A DNA stretch of 64,000 nucleotides from Vicinamibacterales bacterium. Lineage in GTDB: Bacteria > Acidobacteriota > Vicinamibacteria > Vicinamibacterales > UBA8438. The stretch lies in NCBI GenBank assembly GCA_965243615.1, contig CBDEVO010000003.1:3674471-3738470 (forward strand). Reading direction: 5' to 3'. Numbering within the stretch: position 1 is the stretch's first letter; every line of letters begins with the position of its first letter. Positions 49,789 through 57,276 of the stretch are shown here, one piece after another. Position numbers and translations under genes: made by a program. The notes beneath the pieces are model-generated. The model saw only the letters and a list, made by a program, of their open reading frames with translations. It had not been told where the DNA came from and did not search any database.

Positions 49789-51303
49789 ATGCGTTGCTCG
49801 ATTCCACGGCCTGTGATTCGTCCGGTTGCCGCGTGGCTGCTCGCCGCCGGTGTGGCGGCTTTCGGCGCCGCCGGCGCCGCCGCGGCCGAAGCGGTCGACG
49901 CCGGGCTGCTCGAGGCCATCAGGGCGGTCGACGAGGCCGGCGTGCGCGGGGCGCTCGACGGTGGCGCCGACGCGGCCGCGGCCGAGCCGGACGGCACCAC
50001 GCCGCTCCACTGGGCGGTGCACGCCGACGCCGCGGGCATCGTCGAGCTGCTGCTGGCGGCAGGCGCGGACGCCGCTGCGACGAACCGCTACGGGGTGGCG
50101 CCCATCGCGCTGGCCTGCGTGAATGGCAACGCCGCCGTCGTGCGGCTGCTCCTCGATGCCGGGGTCGACCCGGACACCACGCTGGCCGAAGGGGAGACGG
50201 CGCTGATGACGGCGGCGCGGACCGGGGCGCTCGACGTGGTGGAGCTGCTGCTCGACCGCGGCGCCGACGTGAACGCGGCCGAGGCGTGGCGCGGTCAGAC
50301 GGCGCTGATGTGGGCGGCGGCCGAGGGGCATGCGCACCTCATCCCCGCCATGCTGTCCCACGGCGCCGAGGTGAGCGCGCGGTCGGCGCGCGGCTGGACC
50401 CCGATGCTGTTCGCGATCCGCGAGGGCGAGATCGGCGTCGTGCAGACGCTGCTCGAGGCCGGAGTGGACGTCGAGGAGTCGCTGCCGGTCATCGAGGAGC
50501 GGCGCCGCGGCGGCACCAGCGCCGAGCGCGGGGCGACCGGTCTGAACGCCTTCCTGCTCGCCGCCGCCAACGCCCACTACGAGCTCGCGGCCCTGCTCGT
50601 CGACCGCGGCGCCGACGTCAACGTCGCCTCGCGGGGGTGGACGGCCCTGCACCAAGTGTCGTGGGTGCGCAAGGCGGGCATCGCCGGCAGCAACAACCCC
50701 GCACCCCAGGGCTCCGGCGCCATGACGAGCCTGGAGTTCGTGAAGAAGATTGCCGCCGCCGGGGCCGATCTCGACGCCCGGGTCACGACCCGGCCGCCGG
50801 CCGGCATCACCCGCCTGAACTTCATCGGCGGCACGCCGTTCCTCCTCGCCGCCCGCACCGGCGACGCGCCGCTGATGCGCCTGCTCGCCGAGCTCGGGGC
50901 CGACCCGCTGCTGCCCAACGAGGACGGCACCACGCCGCTCATGGTGGCGGCCGGCGTCGGCACGTCGTCGCCGGGCGAGGACCCCGGCACGGCGCCCGAG
51001 GTGCTCGAGGCGGTCGAGGTGGCCCTGGCGCTGGGCGGCGACCTGAACGGGGTCGACGACAACGGCGAGACCGTCATGCACGGCGCCGCCTACAAGCACG
51101 TCCCGACGGTGGTGGCGTTCCTCGCCGAGGCGGGGGCCGACCCCGCGGTCTGGAACCGGCCGAACTCGCGCGAGTGGACCCCGCTCGACATCGTCGAGAA
51201 CGTGCCCCTCGGCCGGGGCATCCAGGACAACCCGGCCACCGCCGCCGCCATCCGCGCCGTCATGGAGCGGGCCGGCGTGGTCCCGGCGGCGACCGTGCCG
51301 TAG
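49789..51303 (+). CDS. Exported ankyrin-repeat protein
   Basis: ATG after GGGAGG; signal-like AAWLLAAGVAAFGAAGAAAAEA; repeated G.TPLH.A......IVELLL.AGAD motifs (at least 8 units by eye). Confidence 0.85.
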   Translation: MRCSIPRPVIRPVAAWLLAAGVAAFGAAGAAAAEAVDAGLLEAIRAVDEAGVRGALDGGADAAAAEPDGTTPLHWAVHADAAGIVELLLAAGADAAATNRYGVAPIALACVNGNAAVVRLLLDAGVDPDTTLAEGETALMTAARTGALDVVELLLDRGADVNAAEAWRGQTALMWAAAEGHAHLIPAMLSHGAEVSARSARGWTPMLFAIREGEIGVVQTLLEAGVDVEESLPVIEERRRGGTSAERGATGLNAFLLAAANAHYELAALLVDRGADVNVASRGWTALHQVSWVRKAGIAGSNNPAPQGSGAMTSLEFVKKIAAAGADLDARVTTRPPAGITRLNFIGGTPFLLAARTGDAPLMRLLAELGADPLLPNEDGTTPLMVAAGVGTSSPGEDPGTAPEVLEAVEVALALGGDLNGVDDNGETVMHGAAYKHVPTVVAFLAEAGADPAVWNRPNSREWTPLDIVENVPLGRGIQDNPATAAAIRAVMERAGVVPAATVP

Positions 51304-51375
51304 GCGGTCGTCGTTCTCGACACGAGCATGCCGCGACCTCCGTCGTCATGGCGCGGTCCTGCCGTTTGTGAGAAG

Positions 51376-52260
51376 ATGCCGGCGATGCAAGCCAACCTCG
51401 GCCCGCCGATTTCCCGGGCGAGCCGGCTCGTCGTCGTTTCCGTCCTCGTCGCGGGTCTGTTCGGACTCTGCGGCGTTGCCGACGCGCAGGTCACCCGGGC
51501 CGGGGGGCTGATTCGTCACGACCGCGGGCAGAGCGTGTCGCCGGTCTACGAGGGCTGGTATCAGCAGCGGGACGGCACCATCGTCGCGTCGTTCGGCTAC
51601 TTCAATCGCAACCACGTCGAAGAAGTGACCATTCCGGTGGGGCCTGACAACCGCGTGGCCCCCGGGCCCGAGAACCAGGGCCAGCCCACGTACTTCCTTC
51701 CGCGGCGCCAGATCGGCGTGTTCACGGTCACGGTGCCGGATGCGGACACCGAGGTCACGTGGACGCTGACCTCGCGGGGCCAGACCCTGGAGATCCCCGT
51801 CAACCTCGACTCCGAGTACCTGATCGAACCGTTCAGGGCGGCGGCCGGACCGAGTCCCGGGAACGGTCCGCCGGTGGTGCGGTTCGACCCGGCGGACGCG
51901 GGGTTCTCGGGACCGTCGGGCGGCGTTGCCGAGCGAACTGCCGCGGTGGGCGTTCCACTGGCCCTGGAAGTCTGGATCGACGACGACGGGTTGGGCTCGG
52001 GCCGGGACGAATCGGTGCTGACGTTGACGTGGCGCAAGTTCCGGGGGCCGGGCGCGGTCAGCTTCGAGGACCATGGTCCGGACGTCGAGGTCGTGGACGG
52101 ACCGCAGGGCGTGACGGGACGGGCGGGCACCACCGCGACGCTGTCCGAGCCGGGCGACTACGTGCTCTACGCGGTCGTCTCCGACGGGTCGCGGCAGAGC
52201 AACCAGTGCTGCTGGACGAACGGCTACGTGCATGTGCGGGCGGTCGACGGGACACGGTGA
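51376..52260 (+). CDS. Hypothetical exported protein
   Basis: Signal peptide LVVVSVLVAGLFGLCGVADAQ; beta-rich sequence, C-terminal Ig-like feel (TATLSEPGDYVLYAVVSDG); no family recognised. Confidence 0.55.
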   Translation: MPAMQANLGPPISRASRLVVVSVLVAGLFGLCGVADAQVTRAGGLIRHDRGQSVSPVYEGWYQQRDGTIVASFGYFNRNHVEEVTIPVGPDNRVAPGPENQGQPTYFLPRRQIGVFTVTVPDADTEVTWTLTSRGQTLEIPVNLDSEYLIEPFRAAAGPSPGNGPPVVRFDPADAGFSGPSGGVAERTAAVGVPLALEVWIDDDGLGSGRDESVLTLTWRKFRGPGAVSFEDHGPDVEVVDGPQGVTGRAGTTATLSEPGDYVLYAVVSDGSRQSNQCCWTNGYVHVRAVDGTR

Positions 52261-52271
52261 AGGAGAAGGCG

Positions 52272-53684
52272 ATGAGGCATCGACAGCTTGCGGAGACGGG
52301 GCGGCGGGCGGCGGTCGGTCTGCTGCTCGGGGCGGCTGTGGCTCTGGTCCCGGGCGGGGCGGCGGGGCAGACGGCCGGCGACGAGGTGACCTTCACCCGG
52401 GATGTCGCGCCGATCCTGCAGCAGAAGTGCGAGACCTGCCACCGTGTCGGCAGCGTGGCCCCGATGTCGCTGGTGACCTACCAGGAGACGCGGCCGTGGG
52501 CGCGCTCCATCCGGGCCCGGGTGCAGTCGCGCGAGATGCCGCCCTGGCACCTCGACAAGACGGTGGGCATCCAGCACTTCATCAACGACCGGTCGCTGAC
52601 GGACGAGCAGATCGACACCATCGTGCGCTGGGTCGACGCGGGGGCGCCGCTGGGCGATCCCGCCGACATGCCGCCGCCGGTGGCGTGGCCGGCCGGCGAC
52701 CGCTTCGAGCTCGAGGACCGGCTGGGCCCGCCCGACATCGTCGTCGAGTCGCAGCCGTGGACGATGCCCGCCGACGGCCAGGACGCGTGGTTCCGGCCGC
52801 GGGGCGATCTGAAGCTGACGAAGCCGGTGTGGGTGCGGGCGTCCGAGACGAAGCCGTCGCTCGAAGGCCGTCGCATCGTCCACCACGCGTCGACCTATCT
52901 GCTCCAGCCGAAGGGGGCGGAGCTCATCGAGGCCGAGCGGGCGCTTCGGGCGGGCCAGGTCGGGGTGGACGCGGTGATCGCGGCCGCCCAGAAGCGTGCC
53001 ACCGACCCCGAGGAGGTCCGCGAGCTGTTCACGGAGTGGGCGCAGGGCAAGCAGGGCGAGATCTACCCCGAGAACGTCGGCAAGCTGGTGCGCGAGGGGG
53101 CGAACGTCGAGTTCGACATCCACTATCACGCGGTCGGCGAGGAAGTGACCGACGTGCTGTCCGTCGGCTGGTGGCTCTATCCCGACGACGCGCCGCCCAA
53201 GTACAGCGCCGAGTTCGTGGGCATGGGGGCGAACGCGGCCCGGAACCTGGAGATTCCCCCGCACTCGGTGGTCCAGCACCAGGGCACCTACGTGTTGCCC
53301 GCGCCGGCCATCCTCCACAACTTCCAGCCCCACATGCACTACCGGGGCAAGGCGTTCCTGCTCGAGGCGCTGTACCCCGACGGCGACCGCGAGGTGATCA
53401 ACTACTCGGACCGCTTCGACAACACCTGGCACCTGAACTACATCTACGACCCAGACCACGCGCCGGTGCTCCCGAAGGGCACGGTCATGCAGATCACCAC
53501 GTGGCACGACAACACGCGGGCGAACCGGAACAACCCCGACCCGCGCCAGTGGGTGAGCTACGGGCCGCGCACCGTCGACGAGATGGCCCACGCGAACCAG
53601 CAGGTCATCTTCATCACCGACGAGGACTACGACCGGATCACCGAGGAGCGGAAGGCCCGGGCCGAGCTGACCGACGACGAGTAG
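52272..53684 (+). CDS. Exported CxxCH + PHM/DBH-like putative copper monooxygenase
   Basis: AGGAGAAGG RBS; signal peptide; FTRDVAPILQQKCETCHR (CETCH at 52428-52442). Ordered ligand-like motifs follow: IVHHAS, DIHYHAV, QPHMHYRGK, VDEMAHA (HH...H...HxH...M, as in peptidylglycine monooxygenase). Confidence 0.65.
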   Translation: MRHRQLAETGRRAAVGLLLGAAVALVPGGAAGQTAGDEVTFTRDVAPILQQKCETCHRVGSVAPMSLVTYQETRPWARSIRARVQSREMPPWHLDKTVGIQHFINDRSLTDEQIDTIVRWVDAGAPLGDPADMPPPVAWPAGDRFELEDRLGPPDIVVESQPWTMPADGQDAWFRPRGDLKLTKPVWVRASETKPSLEGRRIVHHASTYLLQPKGAELIEAERALRAGQVGVDAVIAAAQKRATDPEEVRELFTEWAQGKQGEIYPENVGKLVREGANVEFDIHYHAVGEEVTDVLSVGWWLYPDDAPPKYSAEFVGMGANAARNLEIPPHSVVQHQGTYVLPAPAILHNFQPHMHYRGKAFLLEALYPDGDREVINYSDRFDNTWHLNYIYDPDHAPVLPKGTVMQITTWHDNTRANRNNPDPRQWVSYGPRTVDEMAHANQQVIFITDEDYDRITEERKARAELTDDE

Positions 53685-53746
53685 GCGTCTTCGCGGCAAC
53701 GGCGCGGACGGCGGTCCGCCCCCGGTTGGGGGCACGGAGGTAGACC

Positions 53747-56152
53747 ATGCAGCTCTGCACCCCTGGCCGTTCGCCGACGGTGCTGTCCTTCGCCGTGTGC
53801 GCACTTCTCGTCACCGGCATCGAGGCGGGCCGCGGCGCGCTCGCCTCGGCGCAGGTCGGCCAGCGCACCACCGCCCTGAGCGGGGTGCCCGCGGTGCCCC
53901 TGCCGGAAGGCCCGGTGGTGCTGTACAGCGCCGAGCAGCCCCGCATCCGCGTGGTGCCGGTCGCGACGGGGCTCTCCCATCCCTGGGGGATGGCGTTCCG
54001 CCGCAACGGCGACATCCTCGTCACCGAGCGGGACGCGGGCGCCCTGCGGCTCATCCGGGACGGCGTGCTCGACCCGCGGCCGATTCCCGGCACGCCCGAA
54101 GTCTATCTGGGCACGCGGCTCGCGGGCCTGATGGACATCGCCCTCCATCCCGAAGACGACCGGCTCGTCTATCTCACGTACTCGAAGCCGATGGAGCAGG
54201 ACGGCCGCCGGGGCGCGACCATCGCCCTCGCGCGAGGGCGCCTCGACGCGGGGGCGCTGACCGAGGTCCGCGACATCTTCGTCTCCGAGGGGTTCGGCCG
54301 CGGCGTCGCGGCGTCGCGGGTGACGTTCGGCCCCGACGGCAGGATCTACATGACGGTGGGCGGGGCCATCCGGTCGCAGACGACGGGGCAGCGCGCCCAG
54401 GATCCGGCCACCCACGTGGGCAAGGTCATCCGGCTCGACGAGGACGGCAGCGTGCCCGACGACAACCCGTTCGTCGGCCGGCCCGGCTACCTGCCCGAGA
54501 TCTTCTCGTTCGGCCACCGCAACCAGCTCGGCCTCGCCTTCCATCCCGAGACGGAGCAGCTCTGGGCGACCGAGAACGCGCCGCAGGGGGGCGACGAGGC
54601 CAACGTCATCCTCCCCGGCCGCAACTACGGCTGGCCCGTCGCCTCCGACAGCCGGGAGTACACCGGGGTACGGGTGTCCGACACCCCGTGGCTCGACGGG
54701 TTCGAGCGGCCCGAGGTCCTGTGGTGGCCGTCGATCGCGCCCTCGGGGCTGACGTTCTACGACGGCGACCGGTTCCCCGCGTGGCGGGGCAATCTCTTCG
54801 TCGGCTCGATGACGGTCGGGCGGATGCAGCGGACCGGCCACCTCGAGCGCATCGTGTTCAACCAGCGCGGCGAGGAGATGCGTCGCGAGTGGCTGCTGGC
54901 CGAGCTGAAGCAGCGCATCCGCGACGTCCGGCAAGGGCCCGACGGGTTTCTCTACGTGCTGACCGAGGAGGACGAGGCGGCCCTGCTCCGCATCGAGCCG
55001 GCGCGGGCGATCACCGGCCTGCCTGGCAGCGTGCTGCCCCAGCGCCGCCTGCGGGTGCCGCGTATCGGGCCGCTCGCCGAGGCCGAGTGGACGGACGCAC
55101 AGCGCGAGGTCGTCGAGCGCCATGCCGGCGCCGCCGGGCTCGGGAACGCCCTGCGCACCCTGGTGCGGGTGCCCGCCCTCGCCGACCGGATCTTCGCGTT
55201 CAGGGACTATGTCTCCAGCGGCTCGACCCTGTCCCCGCGCCACCGCGCGCTGCTCGTCCTGCGGACGGCGTGGCTGACGCAGAACTCCGCCCTCTGGGTC
55301 GCCCACGCCGCCGCCGCGGCCGACGCCGGGCTGACGGACGACGACCTGATGAACCTCGCCGAGGGGCCGTCGCTGGAGCGGTGGGAGCCGTTCGAGGACG
55401 CCCTGGTCGGCTTCGCCGATCAGCTCTTCCGCAACTCGTCGGTCACCGACGTCACCTGGGCGGCGCTGGCCGAGCGCTACGGCGAGCACGAGCTGATCGA
55501 CGCGGTGGCGACGGTAGCCGACACCACCGCCGTCGCGATCGTGCTCAACGCGCTGGGCGTCCAGCCCGACGAGGGGGCGCCGCGCATTCCCACCCGCGAC
55601 GTCGCCTATCGGGTGGTGGTCCCGGTGCGCGAACCGCCTCTCGCGAGCCCGCGCATCGAGCCGGTCGACGGCCCCGGGCTCCGCGTCTCCCGCACGTTCC
55701 GCCGGCACCCGGCGATGGCCGACGCCTTCAGCGCGACCTCCGGTTTCGTGCTGAACCCCGAGCTCTCGGGGCTGACGCCGCACGACCGCGAGCTGCTCAT
55801 CCTGCGCACGGGCTGGAACGCCCAGGCCGTCTACGAGTGGGCCAAGCACGTCGGCAGCGTCGGCCGCGCCCGCGACCACGGCCTCGACCCGTACTGGATC
55901 GCCCAGGGGCACGACGCGGCGGGCTGGAACGACACGGAGCGCCTGCTGATCGACGCCGCGAACGAGATGTACCGCGACACCGCCGTCTCGGACCAGACGT
56001 GGAACGCCCTCGCCGAGCGGTACGACACCCACCAGATGATCAGCATCGCAGCCACCACCGCCCGCTACCGCATGGTGTCGATGCTGCTCAACGCCTTCGG
56101 GGTGCAGCCGCTGCCCGACGACGAGCGCTTCCCGGTGCTCGAAGGGTACTGA
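53747..56152 (+). CDS. PQQ-dependent sugar (sorbosone/glucose) dehydrogenase beta-propeller fused to two carboxymuconolactone-decarboxylase (AhpD-like) domains
   Basis: N-terminal part: GL..PWGMAF...G..LVTER.G.LR, G.KI.R...DGS.P.DNPF, .FS.GHRN..GLAF.P....LW..E..P.GGDE.N.I..G.NYGWP. C-terminal part: two copies of LSPRHRALLVLRTAWL..S.LW..H / LTPHDRELLILRTGWN....YEWAKH. Confidence 0.8.
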   Translation: MQLCTPGRSPTVLSFAVCALLVTGIEAGRGALASAQVGQRTTALSGVPAVPLPEGPVVLYSAEQPRIRVVPVATGLSHPWGMAFRRNGDILVTERDAGALRLIRDGVLDPRPIPGTPEVYLGTRLAGLMDIALHPEDDRLVYLTYSKPMEQDGRRGATIALARGRLDAGALTEVRDIFVSEGFGRGVAASRVTFGPDGRIYMTVGGAIRSQTTGQRAQDPATHVGKVIRLDEDGSVPDDNPFVGRPGYLPEIFSFGHRNQLGLAFHPETEQLWATENAPQGGDEANVILPGRNYGWPVASDSREYTGVRVSDTPWLDGFERPEVLWWPSIAPSGLTFYDGDRFPAWRGNLFVGSMTVGRMQRTGHLERIVFNQRGEEMRREWLLAELKQRIRDVRQGPDGFLYVLTEEDEAALLRIEPARAITGLPGSVLPQRRLRVPRIGPLAEAEWTDAQREVVERHAGAAGLGNALRTLVRVPALADRIFAFRDYVSSGSTLSPRHRALLVLRTAWLTQNSALWVAHAAAAADAGLTDDDLMNLAEGPSLERWEPFEDALVGFADQLFRNSSVTDVTWAALAERYGEHELIDAVATVADTTAVAIVLNALGVQPDEGAPRIPTRDVAYRVVVPVREPPLASPRIEPVDGPGLRVSRTFRRHPAMADAFSATSGFVLNPELSGLTPHDRELLILRTGWNAQAVYEWAKHVGSVGRARDHGLDPYWIAQGHDAAGWNDTERLLIDAANEMYRDTAVSDQTWNALAERYDTHQMISIAATTARYRMVSMLLNAFGVQPLPDDERFPVLEGY

Positions 56153-56161
56153 GGAGTTGTC

Positions 56162-56695
56162 ATGTCCAAGAGACTGCTCGTCCTGTTGATTCCCGCGGCG
56201 GCCGCATCCGCGTGGGGCGTTCACGCCGCCCAGTCCGCGAGCACCGAGGCGGCCCCGGGCGGCGCGGCGCCGGCTGCCCTCACCGCCGACGACCACGTCG
56301 AGATCCGCAACCTCGCCGGTCGCTACAGCCATGCCCTCGACCTCGGCGAGCCGGCGGCCTGGGCGGAGGTGTTCACGGAAGACGGCGTGATGGACATGGT
56401 GGCTCAGGGCTACACCATCGAGGGCGACGCCCTGCGGTCGCTGGCGCGGGACGGCGAGCCGTCCGGCAGCCGGCACATGCCGTCGACGTTCGTCATCGAC
56501 GGGGCCGGCGACGAGGCGACCATGCGCTCGTACGTCACCGTCGTCAGCACCGGCGATTCGGCCCGCATCGTCTTCCAGGGCCGCTACGAGGACCGCCTGC
56601 GCCGCGTCGACGGGAAGTGGCGCATCGCGCACCGCCGCATCCTCACGGACTGGATCGATCCGGTGGTCGCGGCCGGCGTCTCGAACGCTCCCTGA
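56162..56695 (+). CDS. SnoaL/NTF2-like fold protein with signal peptide
   Basis: LLVLLIPAAAASAWGVHAAQ; DHVEIRNLAGRYSHALD.G....W.EVFTEDG, G.YEDRL.RVDGKWRIAHR. Confidence 0.6.
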   Translation: MSKRLLVLLIPAAAASAWGVHAAQSASTEAAPGGAAPAALTADDHVEIRNLAGRYSHALDLGEPAAWAEVFTEDGVMDMVAQGYTIEGDALRSLARDGEPSGSRHMPSTFVIDGAGDEATMRSYVTVVSTGDSARIVFQGRYEDRLRRVDGKWRIAHRRILTDWIDPVVAAGVSNAP

Positions 56696-56791
56696 CTCCG
56701 GCACGGCTCTTGCTCCGGCATCGTGCTACGATGGCGCGGTCACGTGACCGGTCTGCGGTCCGTCGCTGCCGTCGAATGGGGGAGCAGGGCC

Positions 56792-57061
56792 ATGCAGATC
56801 GAGCAACTGGAACAGAGTATGGAAGAGCTCGAGCTTCGGGTCGACGGGATCGAGCGGATTCTGCCGACTCTCGCTACGAGGGACGAGTTGCACGCGGCCA
56901 TCGCCGCGTCGGAGCAACGCATGCGGGCACACGTCTCTAACGAGATCGCCGCGTCGGAGCGGCGCACGCGCACCCACTTCGACGTGGTCGCCGAGAGCCT
57001 GCGGCACGACATCCGGCTGGTCGCGGAGGCCGTCGCCGAGCTCTCGGAACGGGTGCGGTAG
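56792..57061 (+). CDS. Small hypothetical coiled-coil protein (89 aa)
   Basis: ATG after GGGGGAG; heptad-like acidic/basic sequence MQIEQLEQSMEELELRVDGIERIL..; no family recognised. Confidence 0.4.
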   Translation: MQIEQLEQSMEELELRVDGIERILPTLATRDELHAAIAASEQRMRAHVSNEIAASERRTRTHFDVVAESLRHDIRLVAEAVAELSERVR

Positions 57062-57232
57062 CCGCCGACCGCCACTTCGGCCTCCGGAGACCCCCGGGTG
57101 TTGCCGGCTGGGGCTTCCTCCCTGCGCTGGTTGCTCATCGAGCAGGTCGAGTGGATCCGGCCGAAGCGGGTGAGCCGTCGGCCACCCTGGTTGGCCATTC
57201 CCCCGAACGCGCAGGCTTGACGCGGCAAGCGG

Positions 57233-57261
57233 GGCGACTCGCGGTTCGTCCGCGAGCCGCC
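57233..57261. terminator. Candidate bidirectional stem-loop terminator between convergent genes
   Basis: GGCGACTCGCGG-TTCGT-CCGCGAGCCGCC (12-bp stem, 1 mismatch). Lies between the + gene ending at 57061 and the - gene ending at 57277. Confidence 0.4.
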
Positions 57262-57276
57262 CGCGGCCTGTCCTCC

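Noticed and set aside
53627-56940. 1025-aa minus ORF (53627..56704) and 1047-aa +frame ORF (53797..56940)
   Set aside because: Shadow frames of the PQQ-dehydrogenase fusion and SnoaL genes; Arg/Gly/Pro-rich nonsense.
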